From: an uncultured Pseudomonadota bacterium
GTDB lineage: Bacteria > Pseudomonadota > Gammaproteobacteria > Steroidobacterales > Steroidobacteraceae
Length of the DNA stretch: 64,000 nt
Reading direction: 5' to 3'
NCBI GenBank assembly: GCA_903884235.1
Contig: CAISEB010000043.1
Span: forward strand, 67,736-131,735
Shown here one piece after another: positions 31,943-40,862 of the stretch. The number at the start of each line of letters is the position of its first letter. Within the stretch, counting starts at the first letter, position 1. The translations under genes and the position numbers were made by a program. The notes below the pieces were generated by a model. It did not search any database and had not been told where the DNA came from. It saw only the letters and a list, made by a program, of their open reading frames with translations.

Positions 31943-33433
31943 ATGACGCGCCGCAGCATGCTGTGGGGCCGGCTGTTCCGGCTCGACCCCGACGGGCCCC
32001 TGACGATCCAGGCCCAGCTGCGCGGCCAGATCATCGCGGCGATCGGCGACGGCCAGCTCGGTCCCGATCGGCCGATGCCCTCCAGCCGCGACCTCGCCGT
32101 CCAGCTCGGCGTCGCGCGCAACACGGTCGTGATCGTCTACCAGCAGCTCGCGGACGACGGCTACCTCATCCCGCGCGAGCGGCGCGGCTACTACCCGAAC
32201 CCGGCGATCCCGGCGAGCCGGCTCGCGCCGCAGGATCCGGAGACGATCGCGACGACGGGGCTCGACTGGTCGATCCGCATGCGCCGGCGTCCGTCATTGC
32301 AGCGGAACATCTCGAAGGTGCCGGACTGGCGGCAGTACGAGTACCCGTTCATCTACGGCCAGTTCGACCCGGCGTTGTTCCCGGCCGCGGAATGGCGCGC
32401 CGCGTGCCAGCAGGTGCTCGCCGGGGGCGACGGCCTCGACTGGGCCCAGGACCTGTTCACGCGCGACGATCCGCAGCTGCTCGAGCAGATCCGCGACAAG
32501 GTGCTGCCGCTGCGCGGGGTGTGGGCAGCGACCGACGAGATCATCGTCACCATCGGCGCCCAGCAGGCGCTCTACCTGCTCGCCGACCTGCTCATCGATG
32601 CCGACACCGAGGTCGGCCTCGAGGATCCAGGGTATCCGGATGCGCGCAACATCTTCGCGCTGCGCACTGCGCGCCTGCGGGCCCTGCCTGTCGATGCGCA
32701 GGGGCTCGTCGTGGATGCGGCGCTCGCCGGCTGCCGGTTCGTTTACGCGACGCCGAGCCACCAGTCGCCGACCACGGTGACGATGCCGGTCGAGCGGCGG
32801 CTGAAGCTGCTGAGGCGTGCGGCGGACGACGACTTCCTGGTGATCGAGGACGACTACGAGAACGAGACGACGTTCTCGGGGCTGCCGAACCCGGCGCTGA
32901 AGAGCCTGGACCGGGAGGGGCGCGTCATCTATGTCGGCAGCCTGTCGAAGTCGCTCGCACCGGGGCTCAGGCTCGGCTACATCGTCGCGCCGCCACCGCT
33001 GATCGAGGAACTGCGCGCGCTGCGCCGCCTGATGATCCGGCACCCGACCGCGTTCATCCAGCGCTCCTTCGCCCAGTTCCTCGCGCTCGGCCACTACGAC
33101 CTGCTGCACCGGCGGCTCGCCGCCGCGCACCGCGAGCGCGCGACCTTGCTCGCGGCGGCGCTCGCGGAGTTCGCGCCGGATCTGCGCCATCCGCCGGTGA
33201 CCGGCGGCTCCTCGTTCTGGATCGAGGGGCCGGCCTGGCTCGATGCACGCCGCCTCGCCGACGCGGCGCGCGCCGAGCGCGTGCTGATCGAGCCGGGCGA
33301 CGTGCATTTCGCGGCGGAGGGCGCCGTGATGAACTGCTTCCGCCTCGGCTTCTCCTCGATCGCGCCGGGCCGGATCCGCGAGGGCGTGCGGCGCCTCGCG
33401 GTGCTGGTCGAGGCGCAGCGACCGGGACGCTGA
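31943..33433 (+). CDS. MocR-type transcriptional regulator (GntR HTH plus PLP-dependent aminotransferase-like domain); candidate TauR
   Basis: The N-terminal winged HTH is LTIQAQLRGQIIAAIGDGQLGPDRPMPSSRDLAVQLGVARNTVVIVYQQLADDGYLIPRERRGYY. The C-terminal 350 aa are of the class I aminotransferase type, with the PLP lysine in YVGSLSKSLAPGLRLGY. Its position directly upstream of the taurine genes mirrors TauR in alphaproteobacterial tau loci. Confidence 0.7.
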   Translation: MTRRSMLWGRLFRLDPDGPLTIQAQLRGQIIAAIGDGQLGPDRPMPSSRDLAVQLGVARNTVVIVYQQLADDGYLIPRERRGYYPNPAIPASRLAPQDPETIATTGLDWSIRMRRRPSLQRNISKVPDWRQYEYPFIYGQFDPALFPAAEWRAACQQVLAGGDGLDWAQDLFTRDDPQLLEQIRDKVLPLRGVWAATDEIIVTIGAQQALYLLADLLIDADTEVGLEDPGYPDARNIFALRTARLRALPVDAQGLVVDAALAGCRFVYATPSHQSPTTVTMPVERRLKLLRRAADDDFLVIEDDYENETTFSGLPNPALKSLDREGRVIYVGSLSKSLAPGLRLGYIVAPPPLIEELRALRRLMIRHPTAFIQRSFAQFLALGHYDLLHRRLAAAHRERATLLAAALAEFAPDLRHPPVTGGSSFWIEGPAWLDARRLADAARAERVLIEPGDVHFAAEGAVMNCFRLGFSSIAPGRIREGVRRLAVLVEAQRPGR

Positions 33434-33532
33434 GGGCGGCTGCCGCGCGTGGACCAACGCCCGCGCCGTCCGTGGACCTACCGGGGCCCGGAGGGCCTAC
33501 CTAGAATGCCTCCCAACCGCATTTGCGAGGAG

Positions 33533-33934
33533 ATGTCCGTGGCCGACCTCGATCCCGGCGCCCAGCGCGCACTGCTCGATCGCCTGTTCGAGGCGTTCAA
33601 TCGCCACGACGTCGAGGGCGTGTGCGCCTGCTTCACGGCGGACGTCGTGTTCGACGCGGCGGTCGGCGCCGAGGTCCACGGCACGCGCTTCAGTGGCCGC
33701 GATGCGGTCGGTGCCGCCTTCGCCAGGACCTTCGCCGATCTCAAGGACGTGTGCTGGGACGACGTTCGCCACTATCCGGGTGCCGACTACGCGACGACGA
33801 CCTGGACCATGCGCGGGACGCGCCCCGACGGGCTACGGCTCGAGGTGGAGGGCATCGACCTGTTCACGCTGCGCGACGGGCTCGTCGCGGTGAAGCGCGC
33901 CTTCCGCAAGGAGCGGCCGCTGCAGAAGTCATGA
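33533..33934 (+). CDS. small NTF2/SnoaL-like protein; candidate small subunit of taurine dehydrogenase (TauX-like)
   Basis: The 133 aa product is MSVADLDPGAQRALLDRLFEAFNRHDVEGVCACFTADVVFDA... Its stop overlaps the start of the FAD oxidoreductase (ATGA), implying a two-subunit unit. The start is ambiguous, with ATG 33533 or ATG 33506. The TauX assignment is by context only. Confidence 0.45.
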   Translation: MSVADLDPGAQRALLDRLFEAFNRHDVEGVCACFTADVVFDAAVGAEVHGTRFSGRDAVGAAFARTFADLKDVCWDDVRHYPGADYATTTWTMRGTRPDGLRLEVEGIDLFTLRDGLVAVKRAFRKERPLQKS

Positions 33935-35310
33935 GCACCGCCATGCGCGCCGCCTACGATCCGCACTACGACCCGCTGACCGATGCGACGCCGGGGACCA
34001 ACCGCGACTACGCGCCGACCTACTGGATCGCGACGGCGGGTACGCCGCCCGAGGACGACGGTCCGGTCACGGCCGACTTCGACGCCGACGTCGTCGTCAT
34101 CGGTTCCGGCTACACGGGGCTGTCCTGCGCGATCCACCTGGCGCGCGAGCACGGGCTGAAACCGGTCGTGCTCGAGGCCAACGGCGTCGCCTGGGGCTGC
34201 AGCACGCGCAACGGCGGCCAGGCGCAGATCTCGACCGGGCGCCTGAAGCGCTCCGAATGGATCGCGCGCTACGGCCTCGACACGGCGAAGGGCCTGCACG
34301 CGGAGGTCGTCGAGGCCTTCGCGCTGTTCCGCTCCCTGCTCGAGGAGCCCGAGGTCGACTGCGAGCCCCAGGACGAGGGTCACCTCTACATCGCCCACCG
34401 CGAGCGCCTGTTCGAGAAGATCAAGAAGGAATCCGCGCTCCTCAACGGCACCTTCGGCTACGGCACGCGCGTGCTGTCGGCCGGGGAGCTGCGCGAGCAG
34501 CACGTGCACGAGCACGAGGCGGTCGGCGCGATGTGGGAGCCGGACGGCGTCGGCGTGCATGCCGCGAAGTACGCGTTCGGCCTGCTGAAGGTCGCGCGCC
34601 GCCTCGGTGCCCGCGTGCACACGGGCTCCCCGGTGATGGGCTGGACGACCCGGAACGGCGTCCATCACCTCGCGACCCCGGGCGGCACCGTCCGCGCGCG
34701 CTCGGTCGCGATCGCGACGGCCGGCTACACGGCGCCCGGGATGCACCCGCTGACGCGCGACCGGCTGTTCCCGGTGCTGTCGAACTCGATCGTCACGCGC
34801 AAGCTCACCGACGCCGAGTACGAGGCCTGCGGCTTCCGTTCCAAGTGCTTCTACACCGACACGCGCACGCTCAGGCACTACTATCGCTGCCTGCCGGACC
34901 GGCGCGTGCAGATCGGCAGCCGCAGCTCGATCACGGGCGCCGACGCCTCGAACAAGCGGCACCTGGACGTGCTGCGCACGGGCCTTGCGCGCAAGTTCCC
35001 GGCGCTCGCGGGCATCGAGCTCGACTACTCGTGGTGGGGCTGGGTCGACGTCGGCCACGACATGATGCCGCGCATCTACCAGCCGGACCCGGCACAGACG
35101 ATCTACTATTCGCTCGCCTACGGCGGCAACGGCGTAATGTACGCGGCACAGGCCGGCCGCCGCCTGGCGCAGCTCGTCGCCGGCCAGCCGGTGCCGAACC
35201 TGCCCATCTTCCGCTCCGAGCTGCCGAGCGAGGGTTGGAAGACCCCGTTCCGCCGCATCGGCCAGCGCATTCTCTATCACTGGTACCACGCGAAGGACGA
35301 GGCCCGCTGA
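33931..35310 (+). CDS. FAD-dependent oxidoreductase (DAO / PuuB-like); candidate large subunit of taurine dehydrogenase (TauY-like)
   Basis: The Rossmann motif is DVVVIGSGYTGLSCAIHLAREHG, and the product is 459 aa. It is translationally coupled to the upstream small protein and lies immediately upstream of xsc. Confidence 0.65.
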   Translation: MSTAMRAAYDPHYDPLTDATPGTNRDYAPTYWIATAGTPPEDDGPVTADFDADVVVIGSGYTGLSCAIHLAREHGLKPVVLEANGVAWGCSTRNGGQAQISTGRLKRSEWIARYGLDTAKGLHAEVVEAFALFRSLLEEPEVDCEPQDEGHLYIAHRERLFEKIKKESALLNGTFGYGTRVLSAGELREQHVHEHEAVGAMWEPDGVGVHAAKYAFGLLKVARRLGARVHTGSPVMGWTTRNGVHHLATPGGTVRARSVAIATAGYTAPGMHPLTRDRLFPVLSNSIVTRKLTDAEYEACGFRSKCFYTDTRTLRHYYRCLPDRRVQIGSRSSITGADASNKRHLDVLRTGLARKFPALAGIELDYSWWGWVDVGHDMMPRIYQPDPAQTIYYSLAYGGNGVMYAAQAGRRLAQLVAGQPVPNLPIFRSELPSEGWKTPFRRIGQRILYHWYHAKDEAR

Positions 35311-35359
35311 GGCCCGTACGCATCGCCGACCCCAGACTGGAATTCGAGGAGGACCCCCG

Positions 35360-37135
35360 ATGAAGATGACGACCGAAGAAGCCTTCGTGAAGGTGCTGCA
35401 GCAGCATGGCATCGAGCATGCGTTCGGCATCATCGGCTCGGCATTCATGCCGATCTCCGACCTGTTCCCCAAGGCAGGCATCCAGTTCTGGGACGTCGCG
35501 CACGAGACCAACGGCGGCCTGATCTGCGACGGCTACACCCGCTCGACCGGCAAGATCGCCATGGCGATCGCCCAGAACGGTCCCGGCGTCACCGGCTTCG
35601 TCACCGCGATCAAGACCGCGTACTGGAACCACACGCCGATGCTGCTGGTCACGCCGCAGGCGGCCAACAAGACGATCGGGCAGGGCGGTTTCCAGGAAGT
35701 GGAGCAGATGGCGCTGTTCCGGGACATGGTCGGCTACCAGGAGGAAGTGCGCGACGCGAGCCGCGTGCCCGAGGTGCTGAACCGGGTCATCTGCAAGGCC
35801 AAGCGCCTGTCGGCGCCGGCGCAGATCAACATCCCGCGAGACTTCTGGACGCAGGTCATCGACGTGCCGATGCCGACCGCGGTCGAGTTCGAACGTCCCT
35901 CGGGCGGCGTGAACGCGATCGCCGAGGCGGCCCGCCTGCTGTCGGGCGCCAAGTTCCCGGTGATCCTCTCCGGTGCCGGCGTCGTGCTCGGCAACGCGAT
36001 TCCCGAATGCGCCGCGCTCGCCGAGAAGCTCGACGCGCCGGTGTGCAACAACTACCAGCACAACGACTCCTTCCCCGGCAGCCATCCGCTCGCCGTGGGT
36101 CCCCTCGGCTACAACGGCTCGCGCGCGGCGATGGAACTGATCGCCAAGGCCGACGTCGTGCTCGCGCTCGGCACGCGCCTCAACCCGTTCTCGACGCTGC
36201 CGGGCTACGGCATCGACTACTGGCCGAAGAACGCGGCCGTGATCCAGGTCGACATCAACCCTGACCGCATCGGGCTCACGAAGCCCGTCGCGGTCGCGAT
36301 CTGCGGCGACTCCAAGCAGGTCGCCGCCCAGATCCTCGCGCGCCTGGCGCCCGATGCGGGCGATGCCGACCGGGCAGCGCGCCGGGCGGAGATCAACGCG
36401 CGCAAGCAGGCGTGGGCCGCGGCGCTCGCCACGATGAACCACGAGGACGACGACCCGGGCACCGACTGGAACCAGTCCTGCCGCACCCGCGAGCCGGATC
36501 ACATGGCGCCGCGCCAGGCGTGGCGCGCGATCGTCGCGGGGCTGCCGGCGGATGCGATCATCTCGAGCGACATCGGCAACAACTGCGCCATCGGCAACGC
36601 CTACCCGACCTTCGAGAAGCCGCGCAAGTACCTCGCGCCCGGCCTGTTCGGGCCGTGCGGGTACGGGTTCCCGTCCATAATCGGCGCGAAGATCGGCAAT
36701 CCCGACACGCCGGTCGTCGGCTTCGCGGGCGACGGTGCCTTCGGCATCTCCATGAACGAGATGACCTCGATCGGTCGCGATCCGTGGCCCGCGATCACCA
36801 TGGTGATCTTCCGAAACTACCAGTGGGGCGCGGAGAAGCGCAACTCGATCCTCTGGTACGACAACAACTTCGTCGGCACAGAACTCGACCCGAACCTGAG
36901 CTACGCGAAGGTGGCGCAGGGGTGTGGCCACCAGGGCGTCACCGCACGCACCCAGGCGGAGCTCACGCAGGCCCTCAAGGACGCATGCGCCGCGCAGGCC
37001 AAGGGCGTCACGACCTTCATCGAGGTGCTGCTCAACCAGGAGCTCGGCGAGCCGTTCAGGCGCGACGCGATGAAGAAGCCCGTGGTCGTCGCCGGCATCC
37101 GCCGCGAGGACATGAAGCCGCAACAGCGCGCATGA
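35360..37135 (+). CDS. xsc: sulfoacetaldehyde acetyltransferase (thiamine-diphosphate enzyme)
   Basis: The N-terminus MKMTTEEAFVKVLQQHGIEHAFGIIGSAFMPISDLFPKAGIQFWDVAHETNGG...QAANKTIGQGGFQEVEQMALFRDMVGYQEEVRD matches the highly conserved Xsc N-terminus. The product is 591 aa, and the ThDP-binding motif GDGAFG is in the C-terminal third. Confidence 0.85.
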   Translation: MKMTTEEAFVKVLQQHGIEHAFGIIGSAFMPISDLFPKAGIQFWDVAHETNGGLICDGYTRSTGKIAMAIAQNGPGVTGFVTAIKTAYWNHTPMLLVTPQAANKTIGQGGFQEVEQMALFRDMVGYQEEVRDASRVPEVLNRVICKAKRLSAPAQINIPRDFWTQVIDVPMPTAVEFERPSGGVNAIAEAARLLSGAKFPVILSGAGVVLGNAIPECAALAEKLDAPVCNNYQHNDSFPGSHPLAVGPLGYNGSRAAMELIAKADVVLALGTRLNPFSTLPGYGIDYWPKNAAVIQVDINPDRIGLTKPVAVAICGDSKQVAAQILARLAPDAGDADRAARRAEINARKQAWAAALATMNHEDDDPGTDWNQSCRTREPDHMAPRQAWRAIVAGLPADAIISSDIGNNCAIGNAYPTFEKPRKYLAPGLFGPCGYGFPSIIGAKIGNPDTPVVGFAGDGAFGISMNEMTSIGRDPWPAITMVIFRNYQWGAEKRNSILWYDNNFVGTELDPNLSYAKVAQGCGHQGVTARTQAELTQALKDACAAQAKGVTTFIEVLLNQELGEPFRRDAMKKPVVVAGIRREDMKPQQRA

Positions 37136-38307
37136 CCGTGAACGCGACCCGGCGGGTGCTCGTCCTCAACGCGGGCTCCTCGTCGCTCAAGTTCGCGCTG
37201 TTCGACGGCCTCGAGCGCACCTGGCGTGGCCAGGTCGAGGGCATCGGCGCCCGGCCGCGGTTCATGTTCGCCGGTCCGAAGGCCCGCTTCGCGCGGGAGC
37301 TGCCGGGCGACACGCGCCATGCGGCGGCGCTGGGCGAGATCCTCGGCGCGCTCGAAGGCTGCGGGGCGGGGGTCGGCGAGCTCGATGCCTGCGGCCATCG
37401 CATCGTCCATGGCGGCGCGCGCTTCGTCGCGCCGCTGCTCGTCGACGATGCCCACCTCGGCGAGCTCAATGCGCTGCGTGCGCTGGCGCCGCTGCACAAC
37501 AGCTTCGGGCTCGATGCGGTCGACGCGATCCGGATCGCCGCGCCGAAGCTGCCGCAGGTGGCCTGCTTCGACACCGCGTTCCACGCCGGCATGCCGGGCG
37601 TCGCCGCGCGCTACGCGTTGCCGGCGGAGCTCGACGAGGCCGGCTACCGGCGCTTCGGGTTCCATGGCCTCAACTTCGAGCACGTCGTCGCGACCCTCGC
37701 CGGGCGCGGCAGCGGCACGCTGCCGGGGCGCCTGCTCGTGTTCCACCTCGGCAACGGCTGCAGCATCGCGGCGGTGCGCGACGGCCATGGCGTCGGCACG
37801 ACGATGGGCTACTCGACGCTGGACGGCCTCGTGATGGGCACGCGATCCGGCTCGATCGATCCGGGCGTGCTGATCGCGCTGCAGCGCGATCGCGGCATGG
37901 ACGTCAAGGCGATCGAGGACCTGCTCTATCGGCGCTCCGGGTTGCTCGGCCTGTCGGGTCGCAGCTCCGACATGCGCGAGCTGCTCGATGCCGACGACGC
38001 AGCGTCGCGGTTCGCGGTCGAGCATTTCTGCTACTGGGCGGCGCGCCACGCGGGCTCGCTCGCGGTCGCGCTCGGCGGCGTCGACGCGCTCGCATTCACC
38101 GGCGGCATCGGCGCCGGCAGCGCCGAGGTCCGTGGGCGCATCGTCGGGCACCTGGCCTGGCTCGGGCTCGGGGTCGAACCTGCCCGGAACTCGTGCGGCG
38201 ACGATGATATCGCGGCGCCCGGCTCCCGGCCGATCGCCGTGGTCGCCGCCGACGAGGAACTCGCGATCGCGCGCCATGTCCGGGCAACGCTCGGATTCGC
38301 GCCGTGA
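37132..38307 (+). CDS. ackA: acetate kinase
   Basis: The signature VLVLNAGSSSLKFALFD is near the N-terminus. The product is 391 aa. ATG 37132 overlaps the xsc stop (ATGA). Confidence 0.8.
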   Translation: MTVNATRRVLVLNAGSSSLKFALFDGLERTWRGQVEGIGARPRFMFAGPKARFARELPGDTRHAAALGEILGALEGCGAGVGELDACGHRIVHGGARFVAPLLVDDAHLGELNALRALAPLHNSFGLDAVDAIRIAAPKLPQVACFDTAFHAGMPGVAARYALPAELDEAGYRRFGFHGLNFEHVVATLAGRGSGTLPGRLLVFHLGNGCSIAAVRDGHGVGTTMGYSTLDGLVMGTRSGSIDPGVLIALQRDRGMDVKAIEDLLYRRSGLLGLSGRSSDMRELLDADDAASRFAVEHFCYWAARHAGSLAVALGGVDALAFTGGIGAGSAEVRGRIVGHLAWLGLGVEPARNSCGDDDIAAPGSRPIAVVAADEELAIARHVRATLGFAP

Positions 38308-39365
38308 AGGGCCCCGGCAAGTGGCTAGCCGCCTGGCGCGGCCTCGCGCTCAGCGTCCTGCTCGGCAGCCTCTCGGTCTGGCTCGCCGGATGGCCGGTCC
38401 TGCAGACCCACGGGATCAGCCCGCTGACGGTCGCGATCGTGCTCGGCATGCTGGTCGGCAACACCGTGTATCCGTCGTTCGCGCCGTGGGCGGGCTCGGG
38501 CGTCACGCTGTCGCGCACGACCGTGCTCAGGCTCGGCGTGGTGCTCTACGGCTTCAGGCTCACGCTGCAGGATGTCGTCCACGTCGGCTGGGTCGGCGTG
38601 CTGATCGACGCGATCATGCTCGTCTCTACGTTCCTGATCGCGGTCCAGGTGGGAACCCGGCTGCTCGGGCTCGATCGGCAGAGCTCGATGCTGGTCGGTG
38701 CCGGCAGTGCCATCTGCGGCGCCGCCGCCGTGCTCGCGGCGGAGCCCGTGGTGCGTGGCAGGGCCGAGCAGGTCAGCGTCGCGGTCGCGGGCGTCGTGAT
38801 CTTCGGCACCATCTCGATGTTCCTGTACCCGCTGCTCGCCGGCCTCAATGACCTGTGGCACGTGATCCCGGGCGGCGCGGAGCAGTTCGGCATCTACATC
38901 GGCTCCACGGTGCACGAGGTGGCGCAGGTCGTCGCGGCCGGGCGCCAGGTCGGGCCGGAGGCCGCCGGCACCGCGGTGATCGCCAAGATGGTGCGTGTGC
39001 TGATGCTGGCGCCGTTCCTCGTCGTGCTGGCGACGTGGCTGCGCGCGCGCGAAGGAGCGGCACGGGAGCCGGGTGCGGACGGCGCGGCGTCGCGTCCGCC
39101 GGCGGTGCCGGCGTTCGCGTTCATCTTCGTCGGCACGGTCCTGTTCAATTCGCTCAACCTGCTGCCGAAGGCCGTCGTCGACGGGATCACCCGTGGCGAC
39201 ACGTTCCTGCTGGCGATGGCGATGGGCGCGCTCGGGCTGTCGACGCATTTCGGCACCCTGCGCCGGGCTGGTGGCAAGCCGATGCTGCTGGCGCTGGTGC
39301 TGTTCGCCTGGCTCGTGCTCGGTGGAGCCGGGATCAACCGGGCCGTCACGCTGCTCGGGCACTGA
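38304..39365 (+). CDS. YeiH / PSE-family putative sulfate(sulfite) exporter (TauZ-like)
   Basis: The 353 aa polytopic membrane protein has a GTG start overlapping the ackA stop (GTGA). It contains AICGAAAVLAAEPV and the overall topology of the UPF0324/YeiH family. Members of this family occupy the same position in known taurine loci. Confidence 0.65.
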   Translation: MKGPGKWLAAWRGLALSVLLGSLSVWLAGWPVLQTHGISPLTVAIVLGMLVGNTVYPSFAPWAGSGVTLSRTTVLRLGVVLYGFRLTLQDVVHVGWVGVLIDAIMLVSTFLIAVQVGTRLLGLDRQSSMLVGAGSAICGAAAVLAAEPVVRGRAEQVSVAVAGVVIFGTISMFLYPLLAGLNDLWHVIPGGAEQFGIYIGSTVHEVAQVVAAGRQVGPEAAGTAVIAKMVRVLMLAPFLVVLATWLRAREGAAREPGADGAASRPPAVPAFAFIFVGTVLFNSLNLLPKAVVDGITRGDTFLLAMAMGALGLSTHFGTLRRAGGKPMLLALVLFAWLVLGGAGINRAVTLLGH

Positions 39366-39450
39366 GGCGGCACCGGCGCCGGCTTTTGACTCGGCGAGCG
39401 GCCTCGGCCATCCTGCCCGGGCCTTCGTTTCCACTGCTGCAGGGGCTCCC

Positions 39451-40845
39451 TTGAACAACGACTCGGCCATTCCCGCGACCGGTCCGACCGGACTGCGCCG
39501 TACCCTCAAGATGCGCCACATGCAGATGATCGCGCTCGGTGGCGTGATCGGCGCGGGGCTCTTCGTCGGCAGCGGCGTCGTGATCCAGGCGACGGGTCCC
39601 GCCGCCGTGTTGTCGTTCGCCCTGACCGGCACGCTTGTCGTGCTGGTGATGCGCATGCTCGGCGAGATGGCGGCGGCCTATCCGGCGGTCGGCGGCTTCT
39701 ACGAGTACAACCGGCTCGCGCTCGGCGAGCTCGCCGGATTCATGACCGGCTGGATGTACTGGTACTTCTGGATCATCGTCGTCGCCCTCGAGGCGGTCGC
39801 CGGGGCGAAGATCCTCGGCGAGTGGATGCCGGGCGTGCCGCTGTGGTGCTTCACGCTCGCGCTCATGACCCTGTTCACGCTGCTCAACCTCCTGTCCGTG
39901 CGCTCCTGGGGCGAGGCGGAGTACTGGTTCGCGTCGGTCAAGGTTCTGGCGATCACGCTGTTCCTGGTGCTCGGGGTCGTCGCGATCGCGGGGTTCACGC
40001 CCGGCTACGTCGGCGGCTTCGCCAACCTCACCGCGTTCGGTGGCTTCATGCCGAAGGGGATCGTACCGGTGCTCACCGGTGCCGTGGCCGCGACCGGCTT
40101 CTATTTCGGATCCGAGATCGTGACGGTGGCCGCGGCCGAATCCGCCGAGCCGGAGCGGGCGGTCGCCCAGGCCACCCAGTCGGTCATCTCCCGGGTTCTC
40201 GTGTTCTACGTCGGCTCGATCTTCATCGTCGTCACGCTGGTGCCGTGGAACTCGGCCGGCATCCTGCAGCCCTACGTGACGGCGCTGACCTCGCTGCACC
40301 TGCCGATCCCGCACGCCGGGGAATACATCGGCACCGGGATGAAGGCCGTGATCCTGACGGCCGTGCTCTCGGCGCTGAACAGCGGGCTGTTCGCCTCGTC
40401 GCGCATGGTGATGGCGCTGGCCCTGCATGGCGACGCGCCGTCGGGATTGCGACGCCTGAGCGGCAACGGCGTGCCGATGCGCGCGATCCTGCTCAGTACG
40501 GCGTTCGGCTACGTCGCGGTGGTGATGAGCTACGTCTCCCCCGAGCACGTGTTCAAGTTCCTGGTGGACTCGTACGGCACGGTGGCGATCTTCGTGTACC
40601 TGCTGATCGCCATCTCCGAACTGGAGATGCGACGTCGCCTCGAGCGGGACGCGCCGGAGCGCCTGCGCGTGCGCATGTGGCTGTTCCCGTGGCTCACCTA
40701 CCTCGCGATCGGGACGATGCTCGCGATCGTCGGCGCGATGGCCTTCATCCCGGACCAGCGCTCGCCGCTGCTGTTCGGCGTGATCAGCGCGCTCGCGATG
40801 CTCGGCGGCTACGCCCTCAGGCGCCAGTTCGGCGCCCGAGCCTAG
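39451..40845 (+). CDS. APC-family amino acid permease
   Basis: The N-terminus ...PTGLRRTLKMRHMQMIALGGVIGAGLFVGSG is the conserved permease start. There are 12 TM segments. A TTG start at 39451 gives 464 aa; the alternative ATG 39511 would truncate the conserved LKxRH motif. Confidence 0.7.
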   Translation: MNNDSAIPATGPTGLRRTLKMRHMQMIALGGVIGAGLFVGSGVVIQATGPAAVLSFALTGTLVVLVMRMLGEMAAAYPAVGGFYEYNRLALGELAGFMTGWMYWYFWIIVVALEAVAGAKILGEWMPGVPLWCFTLALMTLFTLLNLLSVRSWGEAEYWFASVKVLAITLFLVLGVVAIAGFTPGYVGGFANLTAFGGFMPKGIVPVLTGAVAATGFYFGSEIVTVAAAESAEPERAVAQATQSVISRVLVFYVGSIFIVVTLVPWNSAGILQPYVTALTSLHLPIPHAGEYIGTGMKAVILTAVLSALNSGLFASSRMVMALALHGDAPSGLRRLSGNGVPMRAILLSTAFGYVAVVMSYVSPEHVFKFLVDSYGTVAIFVYLLIAISELEMRRRLERDAPERLRVRMWLFPWLTYLAIGTMLAIVGAMAFIPDQRSPLLFGVISALAMLGGYALRRQFGARA

Positions 40846-40862
40846 GCCGGGCGGCGCGCGAC

